DNA of 64,000 nucleotides from Spirochaetota bacterium (GTDB lineage Bacteria; Spirochaetota; UBA12135; COTS27; CAXSBA01): NCBI GenBank assembly GCA_965224715.1, contig OZ245054.1, positions 648,933 to 712,932 of the forward strand, read 5' to 3'. Shown piece by piece: positions 54,314 to 62,734 of this stretch (position 1 is its first letter; each line of letters starts with the position of its first letter). The notes under the pieces were generated by a model. It saw only the letters and a program-made list of their open reading frames with translations, ran no database searches and was not told where the DNA came from. The position numbers and the translations under genes were made by a program.

Positions 54314-55466
54314 AGAAATCCTCCAACTCTTTTTCTAGTTCTTTAACTGGATTATCACTGATCAAGAGAGATGGACCTGTGGTTTGTTTACATAAGTTAT
54401 ATTTAGGATAACGGTTCAGCCAAATATCAGTTGGTTCGGTAAAATTCATCAAATCTAAATTAAACACTTCATTAATATTATACTCTGAATTAGGATTAAA
54501 TACCAAAAAACCAGTAGCTTCTTTTTTTATCCAAGTAATCTGTTGTTTGGCTAGTTGTCGGGTTTTTTGGATAATTTGAATAATGATATTTGAGTAAGTT
54601 ATTTTACCATTTAGATAGTCGAGTATTTCTGAATAACCGATAGCGGAACATTTCCGAATTTCTTTAGGGGAGTAATGCTTAAGGAGAGAATTTACCTCTT
54701 CTACCCATCCTGCCACCATCATCTTCATGATTCTCTTTTCAATTCGTTGATAGATAATCTTACGTGGGAAAATGGGAATAATTTCTAAGAATTTCCAAGG
54801 TGGAGGTTGGCATTCCTTTCTTATTTGTGAGGGTTTGAGTCCACTTTCAATAATCATCAGAGCTCGGATAACTCGTCGAGGATTATTGAGATCAATTTCA
54901 TGATAGAAATCCGGATCCTTTTCCTTGAGTAAACAGGTTAGATAATTGAGACCTTTTAATTTCCATAAACTATAAAAATGATTTTTTATCTCCGTTGATT
55001 GTGAGGGAATGGTGGGGAGACCTTGTTTTAAAACTTTAGTATAGAACATTGATCCTCCTACTAAGAAAATTCTTCTAACGGATTGAATCTTCAATAATTG
55101 ACGTATCTCTTTCATACATTTCTGAAGGAAATCAAAAGCGGAGAAAATTTCTCCTGGATTAAGGAAATCCACCAACTGATAATGGTAATGTTTTAGGATT
55201 GAGAGATTAGGTTTGGCTGTACCGATATTAAGACCACGAAAAAATTGGCGGGAATCACAGTTGATAATGATATCACGATGGGGATCCGCTAAATGATGAA
55301 CCAACTCGGTTTTGCCACAAGCTGTGGGGCCACTGACAATAACGATGGGAGGGTAGGGTAGCCGATCAGTTCCAGTCGAATGGGCTTTCGTTTTCTTCAG
55401 GTTGCTCCGATTCCGGTTGGTTAGTGAGGAGAATACTATCCTCAGAAAGATCAATCTCAATTTCAC
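54306..55466 (-). CDS. miaA: tRNA dimethylallyltransferase
   Basis: P-loop VSGPTACGKT at aa 44-53, DSRQFFRGLNIGTAKP motif. The start is uncertain: the tracked ATG gives a ~35-aa leader overlapping rpoZ by 101 nt. Confidence 0.88.
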   Translation of the reverse strand: MKLRLIFLRIVFSSLTNRNRSNLKKTKAHSTGTDRLPYPPIVIVSGPTACGKTELVHHLADPHRDIIINCDSRQFFRGLNIGTAKPNLSILKHYHYQLVDFLNPGEIFSAFDFLQKCMKEIRQLLKIQSVRRIFLVGGSMFYTKVLKQGLPTIPSQSTEIKNHFYSLWKLKGLNYLTCLLKEKDPDFYHEIDLNNPRRVIRALMIIESGLKPSQIRKECQPPPWKFLEIIPIFPRKIIYQRIEKRIMKMMVAGWVEEVNSLLKHYSPKEIRKCSAIGYSEILDYLNGKITYSNIIIQIIQKTRQLAKQQITWIKKEATGFLVFNPNSEYNINEVFNLDLMNFTEPTDIWLNRYPKYNLCKQTTGPSLLISDNPVKELEKELEDFYG

Positions 55467-55656
55467 TTTGATCCATAGTATAATTTACCTTACCTTCTAA
55501 CAGGTGGTCAATGGCTACTAGAGTATCTTTATCGGCAGCCTCATGATATTCTTCCGGATGAAGATAACGCACCTTTTTGGCATATTCCATGCAAGCTTTA
55601 GCTAAAGCATAACGATTATCTGGATAATCTAAAAGTTTTTTGTAAGAAAAGTACAT
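55366..55656 (-). CDS. rpoZ: RNA polymerase omega subunit-like protein
   Basis: 96 aa. ..LLDYPDNRYALAKACMEYAKKV.. and ..DKDTLVAIDHLLEGKV.. parallel E. coli RpoZ GNRFDLVLVAARRARQM and DKTTVIALREIEEGLI (recalled). Acidic tail. Confidence 0.6.
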   Translation of the reverse strand: MYFSYKKLLDYPDNRYALAKACMEYAKKVRYLHPEEYHEAADKDTLVAIDHLLEGKVNYTMDQSEIEIDLSEDSILLTNQPESEQPEENESPFDWN

Positions 55657-56039
55657 GTCGTCCTCGATAATATTATTATTATGATTATATCGGTAAAAAT
55701 TTATCTAACCATAATTATAACATAAAAAGAATAAAAAGTAAATAGTTAATGATTATGACTTTCTTTTTTTGATGTAGATTTATATAAATAAAACTATAGA
55801 TAGTTTGGTTGGGATAACGACTATCATATGTCATACTTTTTTGCCTATCATTTATCTTTTTTTATTCAAACTATGGGCTTTTTTGTTTATAAGCCTCAAT
55901 AAATTTTTATTGTTTGATTTAAATCTGAATTATTTTCGTATTTTACTTATAAAAATGTTAAAAATATAGTATTATTATAGTGTTATTTAAGTAAATATCA
56001 AAATTTAAATAAATGAAACAAATTTTTCGGAGGAAAAAC

Positions 56040-59000
56040 ATGTATATAAAAAGCAATCCAATCAAATTATATAAAAACAGTATGTCTAGAGTCATTTATT
56101 CCATGATCTGTTTACTGTTGATCGGACTTTACCTGTCCTGTGGAACAACAGATGACGGAGGCACTGCTCCCAGCATAAGTTATGATTCTCTGGGGATCTC
56201 GTCTTTTTCTGCTGTGGATGGCAACGGAAGTCCAATTAACGACACCAATGCCATACCGGTGGATACCTCATTTTTGTTGACATTCGATCAGTCACTAGGA
56301 AATATGGATAGTCATGTCAACTCTTTAACCGGCCAAATAGAACTCCTAGATATGTGGGGGGGGGGGGGGGGCAATCCCATTACTTTAAAGATTGAACCTA
56401 CTCAAACAACTAATCAAATAAAAATAGCTCCAACAACTGATCTAAGCTACCACATCACCTATCAACTAACTGTAAAAAAAAATTTAACTATCGGTAACTA
56501 TCGGGTTACTAATAACATAGCTTACCTCATCACCACTGAAAAGAACTCCGACAGTTCCCTTATCGTCATTTATAATGATGAAACAATTTCTCCTAACGGA
56601 AACAACATTACCATACTCTTGCCGACAGGAACTGATGTAAGTAGTGTTATGTTCACTCTGGAAGTAGGTGAAGGAGCTGCCCTCCAAGATGGTAATAACA
56701 AAGATCTAACATTGAATGAAAACAGACAATACACCACCAATATGGACTTCAATAATGGTGCTACTCATAATTTTACCGTAACAGCCCAGGATGGAATTAC
56801 CTCTGCCACTTATGCCGTAGGAGTATTAGAGCAACAAACGGGCAGCAAAGAGATTATCTCGTTTACTTTTCGAGAAACAGATAATCCACATCTGAAAGAG
56901 AATATTGCAATGGATATTGATCCTAATAGTCGGGCTATAACTAAGACGGTTACCAATGTGGAAAGTTGGACGACTAGTTTAATTCCAACTATTGTCCATA
57001 GTGGATCAAATATCTCTCCAGTTTCGGGAGTAGCTCAAGATTTCTCTACGAATAATACCTATACGGTAACCGCAATTGATGGCACTACATCCGATTACAC
57101 GGTAACCCTAACCAGTTACTATGGAGTAACCTTCAATGCTAACGGGGGACTTATAAATGGTGACCCTACTGTTACCGAATATATCCTTTATGGAGAGAAA
57201 GCTACCCAACCATCAGATCCATCTCAGGAACATTATGGATTCAAAGGATGGTATGATGCTCCTAGTGGAGGGAATACTTTTGACTTCAATACTCCCATTA
57301 CTACCCAAACCATAGTCTATGCTCAATGGACTAATAAGCAATATAAGGTGAGCTTTGATACGGATGGAAAGAGTGCTATTGGCCCCGTAACGGTAAATAG
57401 TTTAGCCCCTGTACTTAAGCCTGTTGATCCTACTACAAATCATTATGCTTTTGAGGGCTGGTATAGGGACAGTGCTTTCACTGTCCGATATGATTTTAAC
57501 TGGGTGGTAAGTAATAACCTTACCCTGTATGCGAAATACGGTCGCAAACAATATCAGGTTAGGTTTTACCAAGGAACCGATCTCTTAGACACTATCTTGG
57601 TTGTTAGCTTGACTACGATCCCTGCATTAAATTATCCTACTCCTTCTGCTGCAAAGCAATTGTATAAGTGGTATAGCGATAGTGGTTTAGCAAATGCTTA
57701 TGATAAGAATTCTGAGGTAGTCGGCAATCTTGATCTTTATGCTGAGGTTCTTACTACAGATGGTACATTTAAGAGTATTATTGAAAATGGAGTTATCCCC
57801 TCCGATCTTGCTAACTATGATGATATGAGCGAGATGATCTTTTCTCATTATATAGCAGGAGCTGATGTAATTACTCGTTATGTGAAGGAAACTGGTTTTC
57901 TTTCTGGTGGTGGGGGTTCTTGGGCTAATGCCAGTGGAGATATACAGGCGATGATAGATGGAATCAATGATGCTAACGAGAGTAGGATCTATGTGGTATT
58001 GGTGGCATCGGGAGCTTATAGAGCTTCTCTTGATGGTTATGTTATGAAAAACCATGTAGCCTTAGTAGGTGGTTTTACCGCTGGAAGTTATGATCGAGTG
58101 AGAGAAACCCACCTCGATGGTCTAGGTGCAAGATCGGTATTTTTTAATATCAATAATGGTAATGCCCTTGACAGTACAGCTCTTCTCTATGGAGTGGTCA
58201 TCACTAATGGTAATGCTGGAGGTGGAGGTGGGATGAATAACTATAATTCCTCCCCTACCTTGATCAATGTTACCTTTTCAGGTAATGAGGGTGGTTGGGG
58301 AGGCGGGATGCGAAATGCTGCTTCCTCTTCTCCCACCTTGATCAATGTTACCTTCTCGGGTAATAGGGGGGCTGATAAGGGGGGAGGGATGTATAATGAA
58401 AATTCCTCCCCTACCTTGATCAATGTTACTTTCTCGGGTAATAGGGGGGCTGATAAGGGGGGAGGGATGTATAATGAAAATTCCTCCCCTACCTTGATCA
58501 ATGTTACTTTCTCGGGTAATAGGGGGGCTGATAAGGGGGGAGGGATGTATAATGAAAATTCCTCCCCTACCTTGATCAATGTTACTTTCTCGGGCAATAC
58601 GGTTGATAGTGGTGGGGTAGGAGGAGGGGTCTATCATGATGGTAACGGACAACCACTCACCTTGATAAATATGGTTTTGTCGGGGAATAATGCTGGAAAT
58701 ATCTATTTACGCAATGATAACGCCAATACAGAAACTGTGAATTTGTATTACTCCCGTATTTTTGAAGGGGTTAATGCTTCCACCACTGCAAACGGGATTC
58801 GTTTAGAAAATGATGATGCCGTCACCTATCCTGTTGCCATTAATAGCAAGGAGGTTATTGACGATAATCCCGGACTGGGCAACTTAGCTGATAATGGAGG
58901 TGAGATTAATACCATCTCTATCGGCAATAATAGCCCGGCCAAGGATAAGGGAGTCTATGTGAGGGGAGTGAAGAGTGAAACAGGGAATCCTTATCCGGAA

Positions 59001-59174
59001 GCCAATCTCTATTACAGCATAGACAATACCGATTGGTATAGCGATCCCGATTTGACCACACAAGAGAGTCCGCCAAACAATACCGATGATCTCACTGCCA
59101 CCGATGCCCGTGGATATGGTCGGGTGGGTCGCCCGGATATGGGAGCTTATGAAGAGGGGGGAATTTCGCCATAA
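56040..59174 (+). CDS. large surface lipoprotein: Listeria/Bacteroides-type repeats plus parallel beta-helix repeats plus choice-of-anchor-Q-like C-terminus
   Basis: Start chosen at the ATG preceded by GGAGG (56029-56033); the tracked ATG at 56013 is also possible. Lipobox GLYLSC. Three ~70-aa Y.V.F..NGG...GW repeats. 26-aa GG.MYN/..TLINVTFSGN beta-helix repeats. C-terminal DARGYGRVGRPDMGAYE. Confidence 0.85.
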   Translation: MYIKSNPIKLYKNSMSRVIYSMICLLLIGLYLSCGTTDDGGTAPSISYDSLGISSFSAVDGNGSPINDTNAIPVDTSFLLTFDQSLGNMDSHVNSLTGQIELLDMWGGGGGNPITLKIEPTQTTNQIKIAPTTDLSYHITYQLTVKKNLTIGNYRVTNNIAYLITTEKNSDSSLIVIYNDETISPNGNNITILLPTGTDVSSVMFTLEVGEGAALQDGNNKDLTLNENRQYTTNMDFNNGATHNFTVTAQDGITSATYAVGVLEQQTGSKEIISFTFRETDNPHLKENIAMDIDPNSRAITKTVTNVESWTTSLIPTIVHSGSNISPVSGVAQDFSTNNTYTVTAIDGTTSDYTVTLTSYYGVTFNANGGLINGDPTVTEYILYGEKATQPSDPSQEHYGFKGWYDAPSGGNTFDFNTPITTQTIVYAQWTNKQYKVSFDTDGKSAIGPVTVNSLAPVLKPVDPTTNHYAFEGWYRDSAFTVRYDFNWVVSNNLTLYAKYGRKQYQVRFYQGTDLLDTILVVSLTTIPALNYPTPSAAKQLYKWYSDSGLANAYDKNSEVVGNLDLYAEVLTTDGTFKSIIENGVIPSDLANYDDMSEMIFSHYIAGADVITRYVKETGFLSGGGGSWANASGDIQAMIDGINDANESRIYVVLVASGAYRASLDGYVMKNHVALVGGFTAGSYDRVRETHLDGLGARSVFFNINNGNALDSTALLYGVVITNGNAGGGGGMNNYNSSPTLINVTFSGNEGGWGGGMRNAASSSPTLINVTFSGNRGADKGGGMYNENSSPTLINVTFSGNRGADKGGGMYNENSSPTLINVTFSGNRGADKGGGMYNENSSPTLINVTFSGNTVDSGGVGGGVYHDGNGQPLTLINMVLSGNNAGNIYLRNDNANTETVNLYYSRIFEGVNASTTANGIRLENDDAVTYPVAINSKEVIDDNPGLGNLADNGGEINTISIGNNSPAKDKGVYVRGVKSETGNPYPEANLYYSIDNTDWYSDPDLTTQESPPNNTDDLTATDARGYGRVGRPDMGAYEEGGISP
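56356..56371 (+). repeat. G16 homopolymer tract inside the lipoprotein coding sequence
   Basis: Sixteen consecutive G, read as tgg ggg ggg ggg ggg ggc (W-G5). Confidence 0.9.
58246..58600 (+). repeat. 78-bp (26-aa) tandem repeats, about 5 units
   Basis: The anchor ccttgatcaatgtta recurs at 58258, 58336, 58414, 58492 and 58570, an exact 78-nt period. Units at 58414 and 58492 are identical, and the unit at 58336 differs by 1 nt. Confidence 0.9.
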
Positions 59175-59189
59175 TAGCTTTTAGTCCCG

Positions 59190-59222
59190 GATTTTCCCCT
59201 TTAGAAAAAGGGGAAATCTTTT
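59190..59222 (+). terminator. rho-independent terminator of the large lipoprotein gene
   Basis: gattttcccctt / aaggggaaatc stem (one bulged T), agaa-type loop, then tttt. It lies 16 nt after the stop. Confidence 0.6.
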
Positions 59223-59331
59223 GCATACAATTAAATTCAAGTTTTATAATGATTGTTTAAACTTGACAAAATTATTTTTTCATGATATATTTTATATGTA
59301 GAAAACAAAATTGAGTTTTCCTTTGATAGTT

Positions 59332-59362
59332 CCTTAGGAAGGATTCTTGAATCCTTCCTAAG
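59332..59362. repeat. perfect 14-bp inverted repeat (hairpin)
   Basis: ccttaggaaggatt-ctt-gaatccttcctaagg: arms ccttaggaaggatt / aatccttcctaagg with a 3-4-nt loop, in a 790-bp intergenic region. Confidence 0.6.
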
Positions 59363-59562
59363 GTTAGTTTCGCTAGGTATCTTAAATATTTGTGTCTCAC
59401 TTATAGTATAAAGAATGATTCCAGTTGCTACGAGAACTTTTCATGTAAACACCGTTTACGTCGGAGCATGGTATTAAGTTTATGTTACTAATTGGTAGAC
59501 GAATAGGGGACTAGCTTCTCAATCGTAGGGTTGATTTTTTTGTTTGTTTATTTTTTTGGTGC

Positions 59563-59607
59563 CTCCCCTGACCCCCTAACTTGACTTGGGTGGGGGGGTT
59601 GGGGGAG
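59563..59607. repeat. GC-rich imperfect palindrome (C-tract / G-tract hairpin)
   Basis: ctcccctgaccccct (59563-59577) pairs with gggggggttgggggag (59592-59607), ~15 bp including G-U pairs, ~15-nt loop. It stands out against AT-rich flanks. Confidence 0.6.
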
Positions 59608-59964
59608 AAAATCACGAAACTGTTGACCGAAGCCATAAATTATATTAATTATCAATATTCGCTTAGAAATAAAGAAATAGAAAGCCAAATTTATATATAA
59701 TATGTAAATTTTCTGTATATTTTTGCAGTTATACCTCCACTCAAAATTTTTTTATTTCTTCAATCACTTTCATTAATCACAAGGATCACTTAGTTTCACT
59801 GTATCATAAGATAAACTCTTTTATTTAGAAAAATTCTAAATTATTTCACTCTTTTATTTTTAATGATTCTGTTTAATTTGCTTTTTAAATTTAGGGCTGG
59901 ATAAAGCTACCTACCTTCACTATCTTACTTATAACTTGTTCATGATATACTATATCTGTAATCC

Positions 59965-61155
59965 ATGCCATTAAAGAATTTGATATCAGTCTCTGATTTG
60001 TTCTCCCGATCTCATCGTATAGTTATCAAAATTGGAAGTTCTCTGTTGGTAGATGAGCTTGATGGAGATGAGCGAGGTTGTCTTTCACCAACAAAAATAA
60101 AAAGGTTAGTAAAATTTGTGGTCCGTCTTTGTCGAGAAGGCCGAAAGGTGACGATGGTGAGTTCCGGAGCAGTGGCTGCTTCCAGAAGTATTATTCCTCA
60201 TTCTTCTAATAGAAATAATACTTCAATTCCAGAAAAACAGGCTCGGTCTGCAATCGGTCAAATCTATCTGATGGAAAAATATCGGAGATATTTTTCTCGT
60301 TATGGTTACGAAGTTGGACAGATCCTTATTTCAAAATTTTCCATTAATCATCGAACTTCTTATCTTAATGCTCGCAATACTATTCATGAACTATGGAGGA
60401 TGGGGGTGATCCCTATCATTAATGAGAATGATCCTCTGGCTACCGAAGAATTTTGTTTTGGAGAGAATGATATTTTAGGGGCTTTAACATGTGGGTTAAT
60501 CGATGCAGATCTTTATCTGATACTATCTCATATTGATGGAGTGTATAAAAATTTTTCTCAAACTAAAAAGGAAATGGGAGAGCTTTATAAGGAAATCAGA
60601 GAATTTACTCCTCAATTTCTTGCTCAATTTACTTCTAGCTCATCTACTTACGGTAGTGGTGGAATTCTGGCTAAATTGGAAGCTGCTCGGATGGCAGCTA
60701 AATTTGGAGTTCCCACATTAATTAAAAACGGTAATCAAGAGAAAATCTATGAACATATTTTGGACAACTGTAAGGGAACTTTGATTTACTTAAAGACAAT
60801 TCAGGCCAAAGGAAAAACCATCAATGCTAAGAAACGCTGGCTTCTCTCCCACGGAAATCCTCGGGGAAGTATTCGTATCGATGATGGCGCTTTTGTAGCT
60901 TTATTGAAGGGGAAGTCTCTTTTGCCACGTGGAGTTACTAGTACAAATAAAAGTTGGAATGAGGGAGATATCTGCGATGTAGTCAATCATCGAGGACAAG
61001 TTATTGCTCGGGGATTATGCAATTACTCCGATAACGATCTTAAACATATTAAAGGTAAGAAAAGCCAAGAAATACTGGGTATCTTGGGGCGTCCATCCCA
61101 CACTGAAGTGATCCACCGGGATAACTTGGTTTTTTTGGAAAGTGAAAGTCAATAA
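59965..61155 (+). CDS. proB: glutamate 5-kinase with C-terminal PUA domain
   Basis: 396 aa. VIKIGSSLL, MVSSGAVA, INENDP and GSGGI..K motifs. PUA-like tail (IRIDDGA...L.GKSLLP.GV). Confidence 0.9.
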   Translation: MPLKNLISVSDLFSRSHRIVIKIGSSLLVDELDGDERGCLSPTKIKRLVKFVVRLCREGRKVTMVSSGAVAASRSIIPHSSNRNNTSIPEKQARSAIGQIYLMEKYRRYFSRYGYEVGQILISKFSINHRTSYLNARNTIHELWRMGVIPIINENDPLATEEFCFGENDILGALTCGLIDADLYLILSHIDGVYKNFSQTKKEMGELYKEIREFTPQFLAQFTSSSSTYGSGGILAKLEAARMAAKFGVPTLIKNGNQEKIYEHILDNCKGTLIYLKTIQAKGKTINAKKRWLLSHGNPRGSIRIDDGAFVALLKGKSLLPRGVTSTNKSWNEGDICDVVNHRGQVIARGLCNYSDNDLKHIKGKKSQEILGILGRPSHTEVIHRDNLVFLESESQ

Positions 61156-61157
61156 TA

Positions 61158-62627
61158 ATGCGTACATTAAATGAAAGACTAGTTATTCGTTTACTCGGAT
61201 ATATCCTTTTTTCCTTAGATTTCCTTTTACTTATCTATTTGGGAGTAGCCTTTTTAAGGCAAGATATTTTTCAAAAAGAATTTTACATGGGACTTGGAGT
61301 GGTTAGTGGACTGATAATTATAAGTTTGATAATGTATAAGATGGGATTCAAGTCCAGTCGTAAATTGGAAGACATTAATATCAAAGATGCGGTATTAGTG
61401 GTTCTTGCTTCTTGGGTAATGTTGGTTTTTGTTGGAGGGCTTCCATATTTTCTTCAAGGACTGTCTTGGGTAGATGCGGTTTTTGAATCAGCTTCTGGAT
61501 TTACTACAACTGGCTCTACAATCTTTACAGATATTGAGTCTCTTCCTGCTTCTCTCCTCCTTTGGCGCTCTGCTACTCAGTGGTTGGGGGGCATGGGTAT
61601 TATTCTTTTTTTTGTTTCTGTTATTCCTAGTCTTGGATCTGCAGGAAAAAATCTCTTCAGCTACGAAGTTCCGGGGCCGATTAAGGAAGCTCGGACTCCT
61701 CATATTCGTGATACTGCCCGTATCCTTTGGCTTATTTATCTCACCTTTACCTTAATCCTTGTCTTTCTTCTTAAACTTGAGGGGATGACCTGGTTTGATG
61801 CGATCAATCATGCTTTTACCACTCTTTCCACGGGTGGTTTTTCAACTAAGAATGATAGTTTGATGTCATTCTCTCCCACTATCCAATGGACTATCACTTT
61901 TTTTATGTTGATCGGAGGAACCAACTTTGGGCTATATCAACTTTTACTTTCTCATAATCGTAAAGATTCAATCAAAGATATAGAAGTTCGATGGTATTTC
62001 AGTTTCATACTTTTTTTAACAATAGTATTTACTCTTTGGACTTTTTTAACTATTCCAGAAAAACCTTTTGAAGAAAATTTTCGACATAATGCTTTTACTG
62101 TAATTGCTATGGTGACTACTACCGGATACGCTAATGTTGATTATGAACTATTTCCAGTGGTTTTGCAGGCGATATTACTTCTAACTTTGTTTACTGGAGG
62201 TAGTGCAGGATCCACTTCCGGTGGAGTAAAATTTTATCGGATAGTTCTTCTGTTTCGTTCTCTTTCTGAGCAGATCAAACATTCCCTGACTCCTAATCTG
62301 GTAAGTTATGTTAGAGTTGGAGGTCATCTATTAAAAGAAGAAGTGATCTTCTCCACCTTTGTTTTCTTCAGTATTTATGTTACTTCTATTTTACTAGGTG
62401 CTATTTTTTTTACCGCAATTGGATTAGATTTTACCACTGCTTTCACCGCTACAGCAACCTTCATTGGCAATGTAGGACCAGGATTTTCTACGATTGGACC
62501 TACAGAAAATTTTGTTCACTTTTCTGATATTTCTAAATTATTCGGTGCTTTTTTAATGATTCTAGGTCGGTTGGAATTTTTTACCGTTCTTACGATTTTA
62601 CATAGAGCTTTCTGGAGAGAAAATTAA
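61158..62627 (+). CDS. trkH: TrkH/KtrB-family potassium uptake membrane protein
   Basis: 489 aa polytopic. Repeated selectivity-loop-like motifs SGFTTTGS, LSTGGFS, TTTGYA, GNVGPG. Confidence 0.85.
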   Translation: MRTLNERLVIRLLGYILFSLDFLLLIYLGVAFLRQDIFQKEFYMGLGVVSGLIIISLIMYKMGFKSSRKLEDINIKDAVLVVLASWVMLVFVGGLPYFLQGLSWVDAVFESASGFTTTGSTIFTDIESLPASLLLWRSATQWLGGMGIILFFVSVIPSLGSAGKNLFSYEVPGPIKEARTPHIRDTARILWLIYLTFTLILVFLLKLEGMTWFDAINHAFTTLSTGGFSTKNDSLMSFSPTIQWTITFFMLIGGTNFGLYQLLLSHNRKDSIKDIEVRWYFSFILFLTIVFTLWTFLTIPEKPFEENFRHNAFTVIAMVTTTGYANVDYELFPVVLQAILLLTLFTGGSAGSTSGGVKFYRIVLLFRSLSEQIKHSLTPNLVSYVRVGGHLLKEEVIFSTFVFFSIYVTSILLGAIFFTAIGLDFTTAFTATATFIGNVGPGFSTIGPTENFVHFSDISKLFGAFLMILGRLEFFTVLTILHRAFWREN

Positions 62628-62734
62628 TTTCGACTAAAATCAACTACAAGACTTTTTTACTAAAAGTATGAATTAAGGAAAGTTGATATATCCAAATCTG
62701 ATCGTTGCGACTCTATCCGTGAAAAATTATTGAT

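Noticed and set aside
58241-58652. Two antisense ORFs (118 and 124 aa) with internally repeated sequence
   Set aside because: They are mirror images of the 78-bp tandem repeats on the sense strand of the large lipoprotein gene. The repeats merely keep the antisense frames open.
59488-59535. tRNA-Leu-like string (aattggtagacg ... gtagggttga)
   Set aside because: Only the D-loop-like 12-mer matches. No acceptor stem, anticodon arm or GTTCGAATC T-loop can be folded. At most it is a very old fragment.
59515-59640. 41-aa minus-strand ORF (MASVNSFVIFSPNPPTQVKLGGQGRH...) spanning the GC-rich palindrome
   Set aside because: It has no RBS, and its only distinctive residues come from translating the C/G tracts. 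It is more plausibly a non-coding structured element.
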